A stretch of DNA of 64,000 nt from Euprymna scolopes (lineage: Eukaryota), in assembly GCA_053919585.1 (NCBI GenBank), contig CM132785.1, one strand, 5' to 3'. This document shows positions 14,401 through 30,213 of the stretch, in pieces. Positions within the stretch are counted from its first letter, which is position 1; each line of letters begins with the position of its first letter. Made by a program: the position numbers and the translations under genes. Below the pieces are notes generated by a model. The model did no database searches and had not been told where the DNA came from. It saw only the letters and a program-made list of their open reading frames with translations.

Positions 14401-16956
14401 TCTACATCTGGTTAAACATGTTGATGTTTCAACATTGTTACTTTCAAACCATGTGTTTTCTTTTCGCTTTGATGCACTACCATAAAAGGTCATATAAAAT
14501 TATAACCTTTCAAATATGAATACACACAAAAATGTTTGGAATAGTTCCGTTATTCCTGGAATGTTACCAAGATATGTGTAAATATTCGTACCATAGTTAA
14601 AACTTTCAAGATACATCGTCTATGCATCCATGATCGTTTTAAAAGTTGGTTAACTGCAGCGATTAAACTGTATCGCTTGACCATTAATAGAAATTCTCCA
14701 GATAATTAATTATTTAGAGCTGAAATAAAATGAGTGGCTGGATGCTATGAACATGTACTGAAATAAATAGCATTTAAACAACAAAGTTTACAGCTGAAAT
14801 AAAAATATTGCATCAACAATTCTTAAGTCTATACAAAATCAAACATTTAAATAATTATAATCTGAAATTAAACTAACACCTGAAATGAAGAATCCTGTGG
14901 ATAAAACGTGCAGTATATTTTAGATTATCTCCCATATTGACAATTGTCAAATGGGAAATAGTTAGTCAAACAAGTATAACATGCAAATATTTCATGCAAA
15001 AGTTGTTATTCGTCGTCTTTCTTTTTTACTTCTATCTGAAAAAGTATTGCATTTTTTTTTTTTGCTGAAAATTAAAAACATTTATAATACGATAAAAATA
15101 ATTTACAATATTTTTAATTATCATGCCATGCGTTTTTTTTTTTTTTTCATTTTCAATTTTTTCATACCTTTTTTTTTTTTCATTTTTTTTAAATTAAAAT
15201 TCATTTTAATTTGTAAGTGCAATTAATCTATCATGCATGATATGGCGAGCTGAAAAAGAGTTTATTTTTTCAATATTTTTTTTCATTTTTAATTATTTCT
15301 ATTCTTTTTTTATTTTATTTTTTTCGTTTTCTTTTTTTTCATTTTCTTTTTTTCATTTTCTTTTTTTTTTTTCAGACTAGAATGAATATGTACAGCGCAA
15401 GAGAATGCCGCTATACCTGTTTACCTATCTAATCTAAATAGAAGAAAAAATATGATAACGCTAAGAGAGTACTTACCGCCGCGGCCTCCTCCCAGTTTAT
15501 CAAGAGAATCCTTCGCTTTGCGCAGGTCGTAAGCGAGTTCCGGTAAACCGGCGTGTTCCGCCTCTTCAATTGCGCGTTGTAACGCTGCTTTATCGTTTTG
15601 CTTAATAGCAGTCTTCAGTTGGTCGCGTAAGACATCAGAAGATTTATCAACTGAAACAGGAAGGGAAACAATAACATTAATACTTATAGATTGGTTAATC
15701 AAGATAGAAATACCAAAAAAGCTACCAGATTGGTCACGTGTTTGATTGATACTTTACCCTGCCATACGAAGCCGCGCGTTTACTTTCCTTGTCGATGATG
15801 AGAAATGTTTTTAAAAAATGCTCTAAGGTGATTTCACTCACTTAGAGAAAATCCTTTATCGCGTCTATTGGTGCAGACTGGTGTAATTTCGAAGTATTCC
15901 TTCTCTTAAATTAATTACCGTGCCAGGTATATTCTATTATTTAGCCCATAACTGGAGGAGGATGATAGATTATTGCATACCTTCCTCCAAAAATTATAAC
16001 GTCATTAATTAAAATAGAGAGATGGGTTATAATTTTATAAAATAATGACGTCATCTATCAAACGACAAAGGGAATCAGAGGTGAAATATAACCGTCATGG
16101 TGTTTTATCTGAGTGACCCTAATGATCACGCGTCCTGTACCAGAAATATTGTCTACACCTTTGGCGATAAATAGTTTTGTTGAGTATGACGCAGAACTTA
16201 ATATAGCGACACATTCGGATCCGCTGTCTGCGTCACTTCTTCAACAATTATAGAATACTACTAAATTACTATTGCTCTTTATATCATGTTTGTCACCGTG
16301 CACACGGAACGACAAAATCATTTTGTGATGTCATCCATTAAAGCAGTTCCCTCAACAAATACGTGAATCTAGTCTACCATACTATTGTACCCATAACTGG
16401 AAAGAGGATAAAGTGTTTAATACCTTTCCTTTAAAAATAGTCACGTCATCGATTAAAATAGACCGATGAGTGATAATCATGCGTAGTTGATGACGTCACA
16501 AAATCCATCAAACCACAGAAATAGTGATGTGGAAAATATCCTTTATAACGTTTTATCTGGCTGACGCTAAAAATCACGGGTTGTCTATTAGAAAAACTGT
16601 CTATACCACTGGGAGATATATTGTTTCATACCTTTCCCAAAAATATTAGTGAAGATTTTACGAAACTACAAAAAGGGTACGTCGCAGTCGAGCATAGTAC
16701 TATAACCCTGTGGGTCTTTATATTTTGTTTGTCACCGTGCACACTAGACAAAAACATTGTTTTCTATTGCCAGACATTAAAGCAGATTGATAAGAATAAC
16801 GATGCACATTGTATAATGCAGTGATAACGTCATCCATTAATATTGAGAGATTGGCGATAAGCGTGCACAGTGTATGACGTCAAATAATAAAGCATCACTT
16901 CTCGTCTACTAGAAGAGCCATATAGACACATGGGGTGTAGTATATTATTAAGACTG

Positions 16957-17027
<71 letters not shown>

Positions 17028-17614
17028 GTAGTTTTTTGTTGTTGATTTTTTAAACAATATTGAGGTTAGCGTCTTCACCTTGAAGATCGGATTTTTTTTG
17101 TTTTTTTGTTTTTTAGAAATTGTCCATTTTTTTATTTTGGACGTAAACAAATAATATTTTTATTTATTTATTTTTAAAACAGTAATCTACGTACATGCAT
17201 GTTTCGGGGCCCTACCCTAAAGATGCATGTANNNNNNNNNNNNNNNNNNNNNNNNNNNNNNNNNNNNNNNNNNNNNNNNNNNNNNNNNNNNNNNNNNNNN
17301 NNNNNNNNNNNNNNNNNNNNNNNNNNNNNNNNNNNNNNNNNNNNNNNNNNNNNNNNNNNNNNNNNNGGTTATAATAATCAATCGGGAGGGAGAAGAGACG
17401 ATAGAGAAAAAAGGTACGGAGAACGTTAGTTCAGTATATTATCAAGATATTCAAAAACAAAATACCTTGATTTCACAATCAATCACTATTAATATTGATA
17501 TATTGTCATATAATAAAACACGTATATATATATATATATATATCATTATGTCATTATATGTGCATGTGTTTGATTGTGTTATAGTGCATCAATACTAATA
17601 GTGATTGATTACAA

Positions 17615-17683
<69 letters not shown>

Positions 17684-19855
17684 TTTGCAGGAAACAAAAT
17701 GTCAGTAAACTGGCCGACAAAACATTTGAAAAGTATAGTTGGAATTGTCCGGTAAGGACATCTCAGGCGATTAGAATACACTACTCCCTTTTCAAAAAGA
17801 AGATAAAGTCTAGGATATGTTTTTACTTTATGTTATGTGAAGAGAAAATTATATTAAAAACAAAGAAATTATGGCACTAATTTCAAGAAAAGGGGTGTTA
17901 TCTTCCTACCTCCATTTTCGTCGTGTCTGCCATCCAGAATCTCCTTTGAACATTGGACATCGGCGTCCAATTCTGTCACACCCATAGCTATGCATTCACT
18001 AATAGCGCTTTCGATAGCATCAATGTCGGCACGTCTTATGAAATCTCTCAGGTTGGCGCGCAGAGCACTAGTTTACAAAATCAAACAAATTGTATCATTG
18101 CCGTCGGGTTTATAGGCACGGTGGACAACATGCACTTCGTTCAATCCAGAGATATGCGATTCTGTCAATCAGATTTTCGCCATTAGTACGAAAACCCGGG
18201 TATGTTAAGATGCAAGGGAAAATATACAATTCCTTTGGCAGAACTCTTTACCCATGAAAAACAGTGCATGGATAATTCGACAAGTCAAAAATAATATTTG
18301 CAGGTTAAACATTCCTGCCAAATTTATACATATAATAACTACATTACTTTATTTCATTTTGAAATCATGTGATATTTACGTATGGCCCAAATAACTTATA
18401 ATGTTTAACCTTCTCTCCTGAGCACTATCTCTGTCTAATAATTCTTATCTAACAGTGACAATGTAAGTAGAGGTGTTAGAATATAGATTTTGTTAAGTGA
18501 CGACATTTGTAAATGTGTTAGAGAGAAAGACATAAGAGGTTAGTGTCGGGATGTATCCAGAAGAAGAGGGAATAAAAAGAAAAGGTGCGAAATCGGAACA
18601 AATGAATAGAGGTAGATAGGACACTGAGTGAAGACGTGTGTGTCATTGTCACTGTTCGTTCATTATTATTAGACCGATTTGTGAGAAGGAAGAATATAGA
18701 CACGTAAGTATTATAAGTTATATGGGCATTTCGTTACTAAGAAAATTATTATTTATGCCAGATAGATTGGACATATTTCCATAAATGTAATCTTTACCTG
18801 AAACTACGAATACAGTAGAACTCGGGGATACGGTGGCTCTAGGATACGTTTTTTTCAGGTTACGATGTGGAATAGGATGTTTTTCGGGTCCTTGGTTACG
18901 GTATTTGCCCCGCCTTAATGTGTTATTTATAATGTTAATGTGTATTATATACTGTATTTTGTTACTGATTTTAATGCCGTATCCCGGTGTTCCACTATAT
19001 TGTAAAACTTTTTGTAGTACTTAAAATTAATATCGATTGGAATTACGAGATATATTTTATACAAAGATAATTTAAATNNNNNNNNNNNNNNNNNNNNNNN
19101 NNNNNNNNNNNNNNNNNNNNNNNNNNNNNNNNNNNNNNNNNNNNNNNNNNNNNNNNNNNNNNNNNNNNNNNNNNNNNNNNNNNNNNNNNNNNNNNNNNNN
19201 NNNNNNNNNNNNNNAAGTTAGATTCGAACATTATCAAAGATGAGTATATTTACAATAGATGAAAGGGAAATGAGAGAGGAAGCCTCTTTAAGTCATGACA
19301 ATTCAAAACTAAATGCTTCTCATCAGAAAGGGAGAAATAAGGGGTTCCCTCTGGCTTCATTTTCCTTTCACTTATTATAATTACTCTCATCCTTATTGAC
19401 ATAATAATGTAATGAAGTGCGAATGTAATTTTAATTCTCTCTCTTTATCTTTTATTATGAACTGTTTCTCTTACTCGGGAAGAGTTTCATCTATGCAGAC
19501 ACGTTGTCCCTTTCTCCCCGAANNNNNNNNNNNNNNNNNNNNNNNNNNNNNNNNNNNNNNNNNNNNNNNNNNNNNNNNNNNNNNNNNNNNNNNNNNNNNN
19601 NNNNNNNNNNNNNNNNNNNNNNNNNNNNNNNNNNNNNNNNNNNNNNNNNNNNNNNNNNNNNNNNNNNNNNNNNNNNNNNNNNNNNNNNNNNNNNNNNNNN
19701 NNNNNNNNNATATTAAGAACATGAACTCAAAACCAATATTTTTTCAAAGGTGAGTATAGTTTTTTATAAATAAAATTAAATAAACATTAGGAAGAGTCTA
19801 CGCGAACCGACAAACGTTTCGAATTGAAGTCAACACGAGATTCTGTCCAAATGTA

Positions 19856-19917
<62 letters not shown>

Positions 19918-20928
19918 TGTGTGTGTGTGTATGATTTGAAAAATGTGGATAATTCGTTTACTGTTAAGTTATTTTGAAATAAAATATAAATCTCTTGAAT
20001 TTTCTTGGATATTAATTATTATAAAGTTATATAATTAAAAAGAATATCCACATAAGGACACTCATAAACGTTATTTAATTGCTAAATATTGAGCTCATAA
20101 TTGAAATTTGATCCCTTTTGTATACATCTGAGCAAGTTCAATATATTTATATTATCATAATTTCTTACCTATATGCATATATATATATGTAATTATATGT
20201 GCATTGCTATAATATTTATTGTAAATATACATGCATGTGTAGGTATAGATAGTAAAAGTTAATCAGCATGAAAAAATATAGAGAGCAAATAATAATTGAA
20301 CAGAAAGCCAAGCTTCTTTAGATTCGATATTTTGTTTCACTTAAGAAAATTTGTCAACAATTACATTATTTGAATAGATTACGATCAGATATCTCTACAT
20401 ACTTATCCACTATCTTACCTCTTCAACAAATTAGATTTAATAAAACAACAAACTTCCCACCAACTACAAACGCCCTAACCATTACCAACCCCGATTCCCT
20501 CCCACACTTATTTATCTCTTTACTTTAACCAACCCACCTTTTTTACTTGCCTGTCACTAAAACCTTTTTGCATATATAATCTGACTCTATTTAATAAATG
20601 CTATTCTTGACAAAGTTTTATAACTGAAACAAAATATCGAATTTGAAGAAGTGTAATACCTTTATTGGCTTTATCTGTACTTGACTGTGTATGTGTGTAA
20701 TTATAAATATGTGCATTGCTTATGTGTATATTGGTTGACTTATACGTTTTATGCGTGCGTATGTGTGTTTGGTAATAAGATTTATGATATGAAGCACTAA
20801 AATTAAAAATAGTTATGCTTCCATATAACCACACTGGTAAATTGTAGGCGATGAACCAGGTGTCTAGGAGTTACTATGATATTCATTTTTTCGCCTACGT
20901 TTGTGTTTTAATTTTTCTATTTTTATGA

Positions 20929-20988
<60 letters not shown>

Positions 20989-21450
20989 GGTAGCTTGCGT
21001 TAAGCATTCTTGTTCAGTAAGTTTATAGGTATTTCATAAGACTGTTTAGAATACGAAAAAGAAAGGACAGTTATAGAAGAAACGAACAAAAGGATGAAGC
21101 TATCAAATATATAGTGTCCAATTACTTTTTATCGTATTTTCTGTCCCATTCCGTTTTTTTTTTTTTCGAATTACAAAAAGTCTTACATGTATATACTACT
21201 CAAGCAACATGCCTTCTGTCAGTTTAGATGACATTCATATTATTACAATTAAAAAAGATAGAAAATTATCTGCCGTAAATTTCTTAATTTTCCAAACTGA
21301 CAAAATGATTATTCGTCAACAGTTGTAGAGCATAAGTGTTTGTTAGTCAATTAGATTACCAGTACAAAATGTCGTATTCTACTATGACTACTATTATAAA
21401 CACTTATCACTATGACTACTATTATAAGCAATCATCACTACTACTACTAC

Positions 21451-21516
<66 letters not shown>

Positions 21517-22717
21517 AGCAAAACCAGCAGCAACTAGTGTTTGAATTTATACATGGGAATCAGACAAAGGCGCAGTATATAAGAATAAATCTCATGAAAA
21601 CGCTAAGGTTTTGAGGAGATTGAATATTCGTTGATATACAATATAAATAATGCATCTTTATCTGATTAAACATAAGTAACTACAAACATTGTAATGTAAA
21701 CATTAAAATATTTTAGTTATCACAAAAGTATTTAGTGTCACGTTAGTACAGTTTTTATGGACAATTGTAGAATTAACTTTCTGCTGACATCTAAATGTGT
21801 TCCATGATGGAAATAAACAAACGATTTTCAGCATACTTTTTCTTTAATCCCATGATAAAAGAATCATTTTACCGAAATGTTTACTAAGTATATCGTGTCA
21901 AAATAAATGTCCAATTTAAGACATTTTCTTTTATTATTGTAACACAAAATAGTTCTGTTACATTATATAAGTCCTGATTACTTAGAAATTAATATACGAA
22001 ATGATTTTGGAGTGCAGATAAGCATACAATTATGTAGAGACACACGCACTAATTATTAATAATTTAAGTTAATGTTGAAATATGTTACAGCATCAACCTT
22101 TTACAATTTTTAAAATTTTATTAACTAATAGTTCTTGAAATCACAATTCAAACTTATATAGCATGTGCAGTGCAATTGTACTATTACTAATTCTGTATTT
22201 CATGCAAAGAAAAGTCTATTTTTGTAAAGTATAGAATTAAACTATTTCATAAAACTGACCTTTTGTTAATTTTTTTTTACAGAAATAAAATACTATACGA
22301 TGCATCATTAAATAAAATTTTATAAAGAAGGTTTTCACCACGTTGAACAAAATGTGATGGAGAAATATGCAACTACGACAACTAAAATACAAGCGTCATG
22401 CAACAAATTCTACATATAACCACACACATACACACACACACACAAAACACACATACATACACACATATATGTGTGCGCATGAGGTTAGTAAAATATAACC
22501 CCAACAGTGCTCAATTATTTGGAAATTTTCAAAAACAGGAGCGTGCTATTTATGTACATATGTGTAGCAGAAGATCAAAAATAACATTAATATCGTCGGT
22601 TTCAAATCCAAAGATCTCCTATGACGGATTTTCTGTCATTTCGACATAGGTGACCAAATATTTCCTCCCTTAGTTTGGATTTGAAAGGTACCGATGTTTT
22701 CTGATCTTCTATAACGC

Positions 22718-22793
<76 letters not shown>

Positions 22794-25700
22794 ACTAGAT
22801 GGACATCATTTATAAAAATAAAAATATTTAAAGTGTTAGCATTTCTTTTGTTGCACATTTTTTAGTCGTTCTTACTTTGGCATTTAATAAATGAAAAATA
22901 TTTAATTGACAAAAACATCGATTATATGAGCCAGTGGAAAACGCATACGATTTTTTTTTTATTTAATGTAAATACAAATTAATCTATGTGAACAAGTGAT
23001 TAAATTTTCATAGTGACTGGTGGTCATCTGATTAGATGGTGAACCTTTTTAAAGGAACCTTATTTAAATAGAGATGCGAGAGAATTATATTTTATTTTGG
23101 TTAGGGTTTTTTTTCATGCTTATCTCATGTTAAGGTTTGTCTCATGTTAAGGTTTGTTTTATGGGGTGTTTTTTTCAAGTTATTTTTAATATGATTATCT
23201 TATATTTATAAGTTTTTTATTCGTTTGTCTATTTTACGTTATATAATAATTTATTAGTAGTATAATGGAATAGTATTTTTAGTTAAATTTATTTGTATTG
23301 GATTTATTTATTTTTATTTATTTAACTTACTTAATTATTTATTTGTTTGAAGTGAAATATTTTCTTTATATATATCTATTTATTATGTAGCCTTAAATAT
23401 TTTAAGATTTTTCCAGATTATTTTAGCAAATCACCAGTCAGCATGAGAATTTAATATCGTATCCTCATAGATTGTGATTATATTTACATTGTTTACTTCT
23501 TTGTTATCGTTAGGAACAACCGTTGCATCGTTGTAATCTCTTGATTGGTTGCTTTTTAAAAATGTTCGATAACTTATTGATGTTCTATTAAAGACTAGTG
23601 GTTATAACAACTCGAGAAAGGAAATCTACGTCATTCAAAAAATATCATCAGATAAAATTGTATTTATATACTATTTTGTTTTTTAATATTGAACAATTTT
23701 CCTCGAAACAATGCATAACTATTTATATAAGTATATACACATGCATTAACATGTGTACATTTACAAATATGCATGAAGTGCGCATATTTACATGTAAAAA
23801 TATGTATAAATGACGTGTAATTTTGAGGAGAGAAAAATGCCATGACTGGCGTGAAGCAAAATAAAAGTTCTTATCTAAGAACTTTAATTTTCTCTTCTCA
23901 AAATTTGAAAAGGGCTGGAACCCTTTTACTTTTTGTATTTTAATTTTTTTCTTGTCTTTTGAAATCAAAGATGATTAAAACGGTCTGCACATCGTAGCAA
24001 GATATGACTTACATAAAGAAATAAAGAATAATATATATATATGTATATATATATGCATATATATATATATTTGTTACACGTGTACTTTAAGAGTGTTTAA
24101 TCCGGATAGTTATAGTAACAGTATGAAAACATACTGATGACAATCGGATTACTCAGATGATGTTGTATTTCGGTTTAAGAGACTACGTTAGGTTAAAAAT
24201 CCGTGTCAGTCTTAAGTACTTAATGAGGTTTCACATACCGAAACACAACTAATCTGTGTACCTTGCATGTGCTTAGTATATATTTATAACACTATATATA
24301 TGCATACATATATATTTTTTAATTCATATTTCTTCATATTAATAGAAGAAAAAAATCTGAAATATACTGTCCGAACACGAACCATAAACACACGTAAATT
24401 AGCCCTGTTTCTTTTTTTAACATATTGATATCTTTAGCTGCAAAAAAAAACATGCGTCACTTTTGAGAGTCTTTTTATTATAATGCATGACAGAATTATG
24501 TAAATATAAGCAGTTGCGTCTATATAGTTTAGCATTCACACTAAGAGCTGCAGTTATGAATTTTCCATAAAAACATTCTTCGGCTAACCTCCTCGACCAC
24601 CTCCAAGATTTTCCAGAGTATCCCTGGCTTTCCGGAGATCCGAACCTAGCTCTGGATACCCGGCTATCTCTGCTTCTGTTATGGCGGCATCTAAAGCGTC
24701 CTTGTCCTTCTTTCTTGTCGCCATTTTTATTTGGTCACGCAATACTTCAGGGCTTTTGACTTCTAGTAATTAGGAAATGAAGGTAAAAATAATATAAACA
24801 GGTTTTCTTGAAATCCGTTTGAAAGGGAAATGAAAGGAATCATATAGGTAAAAGGTGATATTATTGGAAAAGATGTAAATTCAACTTTATTGGCTATTTA
24901 TGTTTAATAACCGAGTATTGCTTGCTTAAATATAATTGAATAATAAAAAGAGATTTTACTCAAGACATAGTTGCTAAACAACAGAGATTTTGAATGTATA
25001 ACTTGCATTTGTTATATTAATGCCATAAAATGCGCAATAAAGCCAAGTATCAGGAAACAAGGCAAATAATCTAGAAACGTATGTGTAGGTTGATACCAAG
25101 TAATGACTAATAGATTAGTATGAAGGGAAATTAATAAGTATACGTATATATGCATATATTATTTGTAAGAAATGTTGCACATTTTAGATGCCATCGTTTA
25201 ACCTGCTATATAGGTGTTCTCTGTTCCAAATCATATTTCAGGAAAATATTTTATAGTTAATTGTAAGCCAAGTTAAACGATAAAGTCCAATCTTTCTCAT
25301 AATTAATCTACTCTGAAATTATTTCCTTTTTTATCTTTTATAATATAACTCCAAAAAAGTTGAACTCGGTGTGGCTAACCTCCTGTTCCGCCTCGAATAA
25401 TATCCGATGTACGCCTGGCCTTCTGTATATCATCATCAAGTTCCGGAAGTCCAGCAGCCACGCATTCGCTGATGGCTTTGTCCAAACTTGTTTTGTCTTT
25501 TCTTCTAATCGCATCTTTCAGTTTATCACGTAAAACTTCCGGAGACTTAGAGCCTGGTAAATAATCAATAGACTATTAGATATTGCGAATAAAAAACATT
25601 ATATATATATTTTCTAATGAATAAACACTGGGGATATTTTTAGAATAGAATTAATTCGATATTTAAGTAATATTAAAATACATTTCGATCTTAATAACAT

Positions 25701-28434
25701 TAATAACATTTAATTACATGACGTTTTTTTTACGGTTAGTTACCATTTATTACTCTCTTCTCGATAATTGTGAGATGATTTATCAATAAAATAAAATTAT
25801 TTTCCACTTTGTTTCATTCAACCCATTTAGTGGCATTGAGAAATGATCGATGGATAATGATCATTTAATGGCAATGAGAAATGATCGATGGTTAACGCGA
25901 AAGTGAAAAGAAAATTTATGATTCACAATTATTTTATGTATTTTAATAATATATATTATATGAGAATGTATATATTCAAAAGGTAATCCTATAGTAATGG
26001 AATAAAAATAAAATTAAAATAGCTGTCTTATTAAAGGCTATATTTTATACACATTTGTATATCATATAAAACATATATATTTTATCTCTTTTAAACCGAG
26101 TTTAAATGAGGAGATACAGACAAACTTATTTAGAACATAGATCTGGATCACATAACCATCCAAACACATAGATATTATTAAAAGGTCCAGATATAATAAC
26201 AGATTCAGACATAATAAAAGACTCGAACAAAACACAAGTTCAAATAAATAGATATCTTAAGAACGAGAATAAGATATCTACTCACACATAAAAATGTCTT
26301 ACACGTAAACATACTAGTTAGATAGCAGGTTTTAAATGATACGATACACAGGCAAACAGATAAATGTACAGATTCATAATATCAATCTGAAACATATACT
26401 TTCATTCGAACTCATGAACTCAAAGACCCAGACATAATAAAAAATACAAGTCCAAACAAATAAATATATTAGGTACGGACATAATTAGATACTCACTCTT
26501 GGACAAAAATATACTAGTCATATAGATATGCACATATAAAATAGAAAGATAGTATATAATATAACCATATTGAAATAGATTTACACATAGAAGTACAAGT
26601 AGATACGATACTATCGAGAGATTAATAAAACATTTGTATTTGTTTTTAATAATTAGTTTTCATTCTGACCTCCTCGTCCACCTCCCAGACTCTCAAGAGT
26701 TTCTCTGGCTTTTCGAAGGTCGTGGCCAAGTTCTGGATACTCGGCGTCTTCGGCTTCGTCAATTAATCTTTCAAGCTCGGTCTTATCTCGTTGTCTGGAC
26801 GCTCTTCTTAGTTGGTCACGGAGAGTATCGGGAGAAATTGATTCTGATTGCAACAAAACAGCATTAAAATTAGACTTGGTTTTCAGTTTCACGACAACAT
26901 ATTTAATTATAATAAAAATGAAACATGGACTCTTATGTGGAGTAAAGTTGCATCAGAGAATTAGTGTTCTTTTTAGATTTAAAAGCATGAAAGTAAAAAA
27001 AATTGATTCTGACCTTTAAACTTTAATTGAAACCAGTGATTAACTTCAAATCAAATTTTCTTCATTTCTATTATTTGAATTGGTCACAACATTCCGGCTG
27101 ATGTAACCTCTGACCTTTTTTTAATTAAATCTTGACAAACTAATCACTCTTTTTGTAGAACTAAGGAATCTCTCAGGGATTTCAAATGGAAGTTGTTGTT
27201 TTTTTTTTATTTAATCAACAGGGGTATTTTGATCTCATTCTTTCAGCTATGACACAATAGAAATTATAAATCATTCGTAATTGTATTCTTAGCATAATCA
27301 GTATTGGGGATGGGACGTTCAACTGTTTCTCAGAACTGATTATTACTTAACACATATACCCATTGAGCAAAAAAGGCCGGAGGTTACAGTAATCAGAATA
27401 ATTTAAATAACAGAAATCCTCATTCCTCATCTTACAAATTCTAAAATATAGATTTTCGAATGTATAAAAACTTAATTTTAAATAATAAAATTGAACAGGG
27501 TAGTTCCCTTTATTCGTGTATTCTTCTTCAAAAGTAATAGAATACAAATGTCAAAGTTCACATGGAAGTGTTATTCTTAGTCTTTTTAAACCAATAAAGA
27601 AAAATTATTATTTATGTTTTTATAAATTTTATAAAAAGACGAGAATATTTGTCTTCAGCTGATAATTTGCAAAAAATAAATTTATATTTTATGAATAAAA
27701 TGAATACATAATAATAATAGTTAACAAAATATTTTCGATTATATAATAAAAATTAAATTTATAATATGTAATTAAATTGCATAATATGCACTTCAATTTC
27801 CAGCACGTATTTTAATAAATTTAGACACGAGAAGCAATCACTGCTTGAATGACTGCAAAAAACGAAGCTGACCTCTTCTAAATCCGTTTTCAGTTTCATC
27901 AAGTGATCCCCTGGCTATTTCAATTTCTGAGTCCAATTCTGGCATCCCAGCTGCAACGCACTCATCGATAACCTTTTGCAAGTCATCTTTGCTTCCTTTA
28001 CGCAAAGTTTCTCGGAGTTTTTCACGCAGAATCTCAGGTGTTTTACTTCCTGACAATCGAAACAAAAGTGATATTGAATAAATATGAAGATTTTTTACGA
28101 GAAGAAAACCATTTTCACTTCGCCATGCGTAAAAATAGCATCAATTAATCCGGTTAAGTATTTGTGCGTATCACAACAGTTGGTATTTATATTCCGAAGT
28201 ACAGCCATTGATTTAAGTTGTTCAGTTTGTCTTGTTTTGATTTCCAAATAACACAATATTTATTGCAGTTAATTTCAGATTAATGTGATTTTAATGCACT
28301 ATTCATTTAGACATCGCCACCAAGCTTTATTATGCGGTATGCATGTACAAATCTCTTCAGAGTTTATGCATTGATTTTGAATAAGTATTACTGCATCATA
28401 TGAAATAAATAGAATATAAAAAATCGGTAAGGTT

Positions 28435-28483
<49 letters not shown>

Positions 28484-28675
28484 TTCATTGTATTTACATA
28501 GGNNNNNNNNNNNNNNNNNNNNNNNNNNNNNNNNNNNNNNNNNNNNNNNNNNNNNNNNNNNNNNNNNNNNNNNNNNNNNNNNNNNNNNNNNNNNNNNNNN
28601 NNNNNNNNNNNNNNNNNNNNNNNNNNNNNNCTCTTAGTTAAATTCATGAATTTTTGCAATAATTTTTTCTCATTA

Positions 28676-28725
<50 letters not shown>

Positions 28726-30158
28726 TACATATATATATATATATATATGCTGTGAATGAAAAACGAGCACTTATTGCAAAATACATGAATTTATTTAAGA
28801 GTAACAGCTTAATTTTTATAGAATTCCTATTTGAGAACAATCTGGATGATTGGGTAGATATGTAAGTTCAATAATAAATTTAAGCCTGATTTTTCTATAT
28901 TCGTATCATTATAATGAATAATCTCTTTGCGAGAGAGACAGACAGACAGACAGAGTAATATATCGTATTTAATTCAATTAATAATGTGTTGATTCGGTTG
29001 ATGAAGTGCATTTGGTCGTCTATATTAATTATACGGGTGGGTATCTTTTGAGCGTATATTCGTTTGTCAGCACACTTGTTAAAACTTGAAATTACATGTG
29101 TTCAACATTCAATGGAGTTTTACTATCGATATTTAGTAAGGTTTTATATCACACCTAGTTATAGATGTTAGTTGCACTATGAAAATATAGCAATGATTAC
29201 ATATATTGACTCTCCATTCAGAAAACATGAATACATTTACAAACTATTATTAGTCTTACATGAAACCATATTATGTAATAATTAAAGGCCTAATTTGCTT
29301 TATTCATGGGGCTTGGTGACAACAGTTTTCTGCGATTAAATCAAAATGGAATGGAGCAGATTTTCATCCCTTCGTGGGTGTATTTATAAAAGGTTAAATT
29401 TTAAATTTGGACTCAGCATCCCTTTTTCCTGAACACCATCTCATTCTAATAATACTAATGATAATATATGCAAGAGTCTCAAATTTAATATATAAAGTTA
29501 ATGAACTCGTGCCTAAGCACCTTAGTATGTGTTGAATAGAAAACTAGATAAAAGGGTGAGTGTTGAGAAGTATCTTATTAAATGAGAGGGGAGAAGAATA
29601 ACTTGCAAAGAGAGAACGATCTTAATATAAAGTACACGTATATCCATTGCTGACTTAGTGTTATCAGAATGAGGCAATGTTCACGACAACTAGATATATG
29701 TACATATAATAGGTTATTAACTAAACTAAAGAAATTTGATTAGCATAAATAAATTCCTATGTGGTTATGTATTAATTGAGTAAAATCTAAGGCAAAGCCG
29801 TCAAGCAAAACTTGGACTTTCTTGCTTATTTACTAAAAGTTTCTCTGCGCTTTAGACAATAAAAACAAAGAGTGATTAAACGTTACTAAGCTACTAATAG
29901 CAAATCCAACATTTTATGATTGAAACATGAGTATCACAACTCATTACATCATAAAGAATAACATAACATGTCATATACATGCAAAATGAAACAGAGAACC
30001 AAATGAACCAAATGATCGTGCATTATAAAAACCCTGTTAAATTATCAAATATATAGTAAATGTTTGGCTACATATCTACTATTTCTGAAGTACCATTTGT
30101 ACCCAATTATTAAGTTGGTTAGGAAAATATTTAAAACAATGTTAAACAAACACACACA

Positions 30159-30213
<55 letters not shown>

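Noticed and set aside
18068-18162. Longer phase-1 version of the 17910 exon from the upstream CAG (~18162), or a 34-nt GC-AG mini-intron
   Set aside because: An in-frame TAA at 18073-18075 blocks the extension; the mini-intron is too short and does not restore frame.
24130-24260. Hammerhead ribozyme (Penelope-like) around taatgagg...ccgaaac
   Set aside because: The catalytic core CUGANGA is not intact next to the GAAA strand; at most a degenerate relic.
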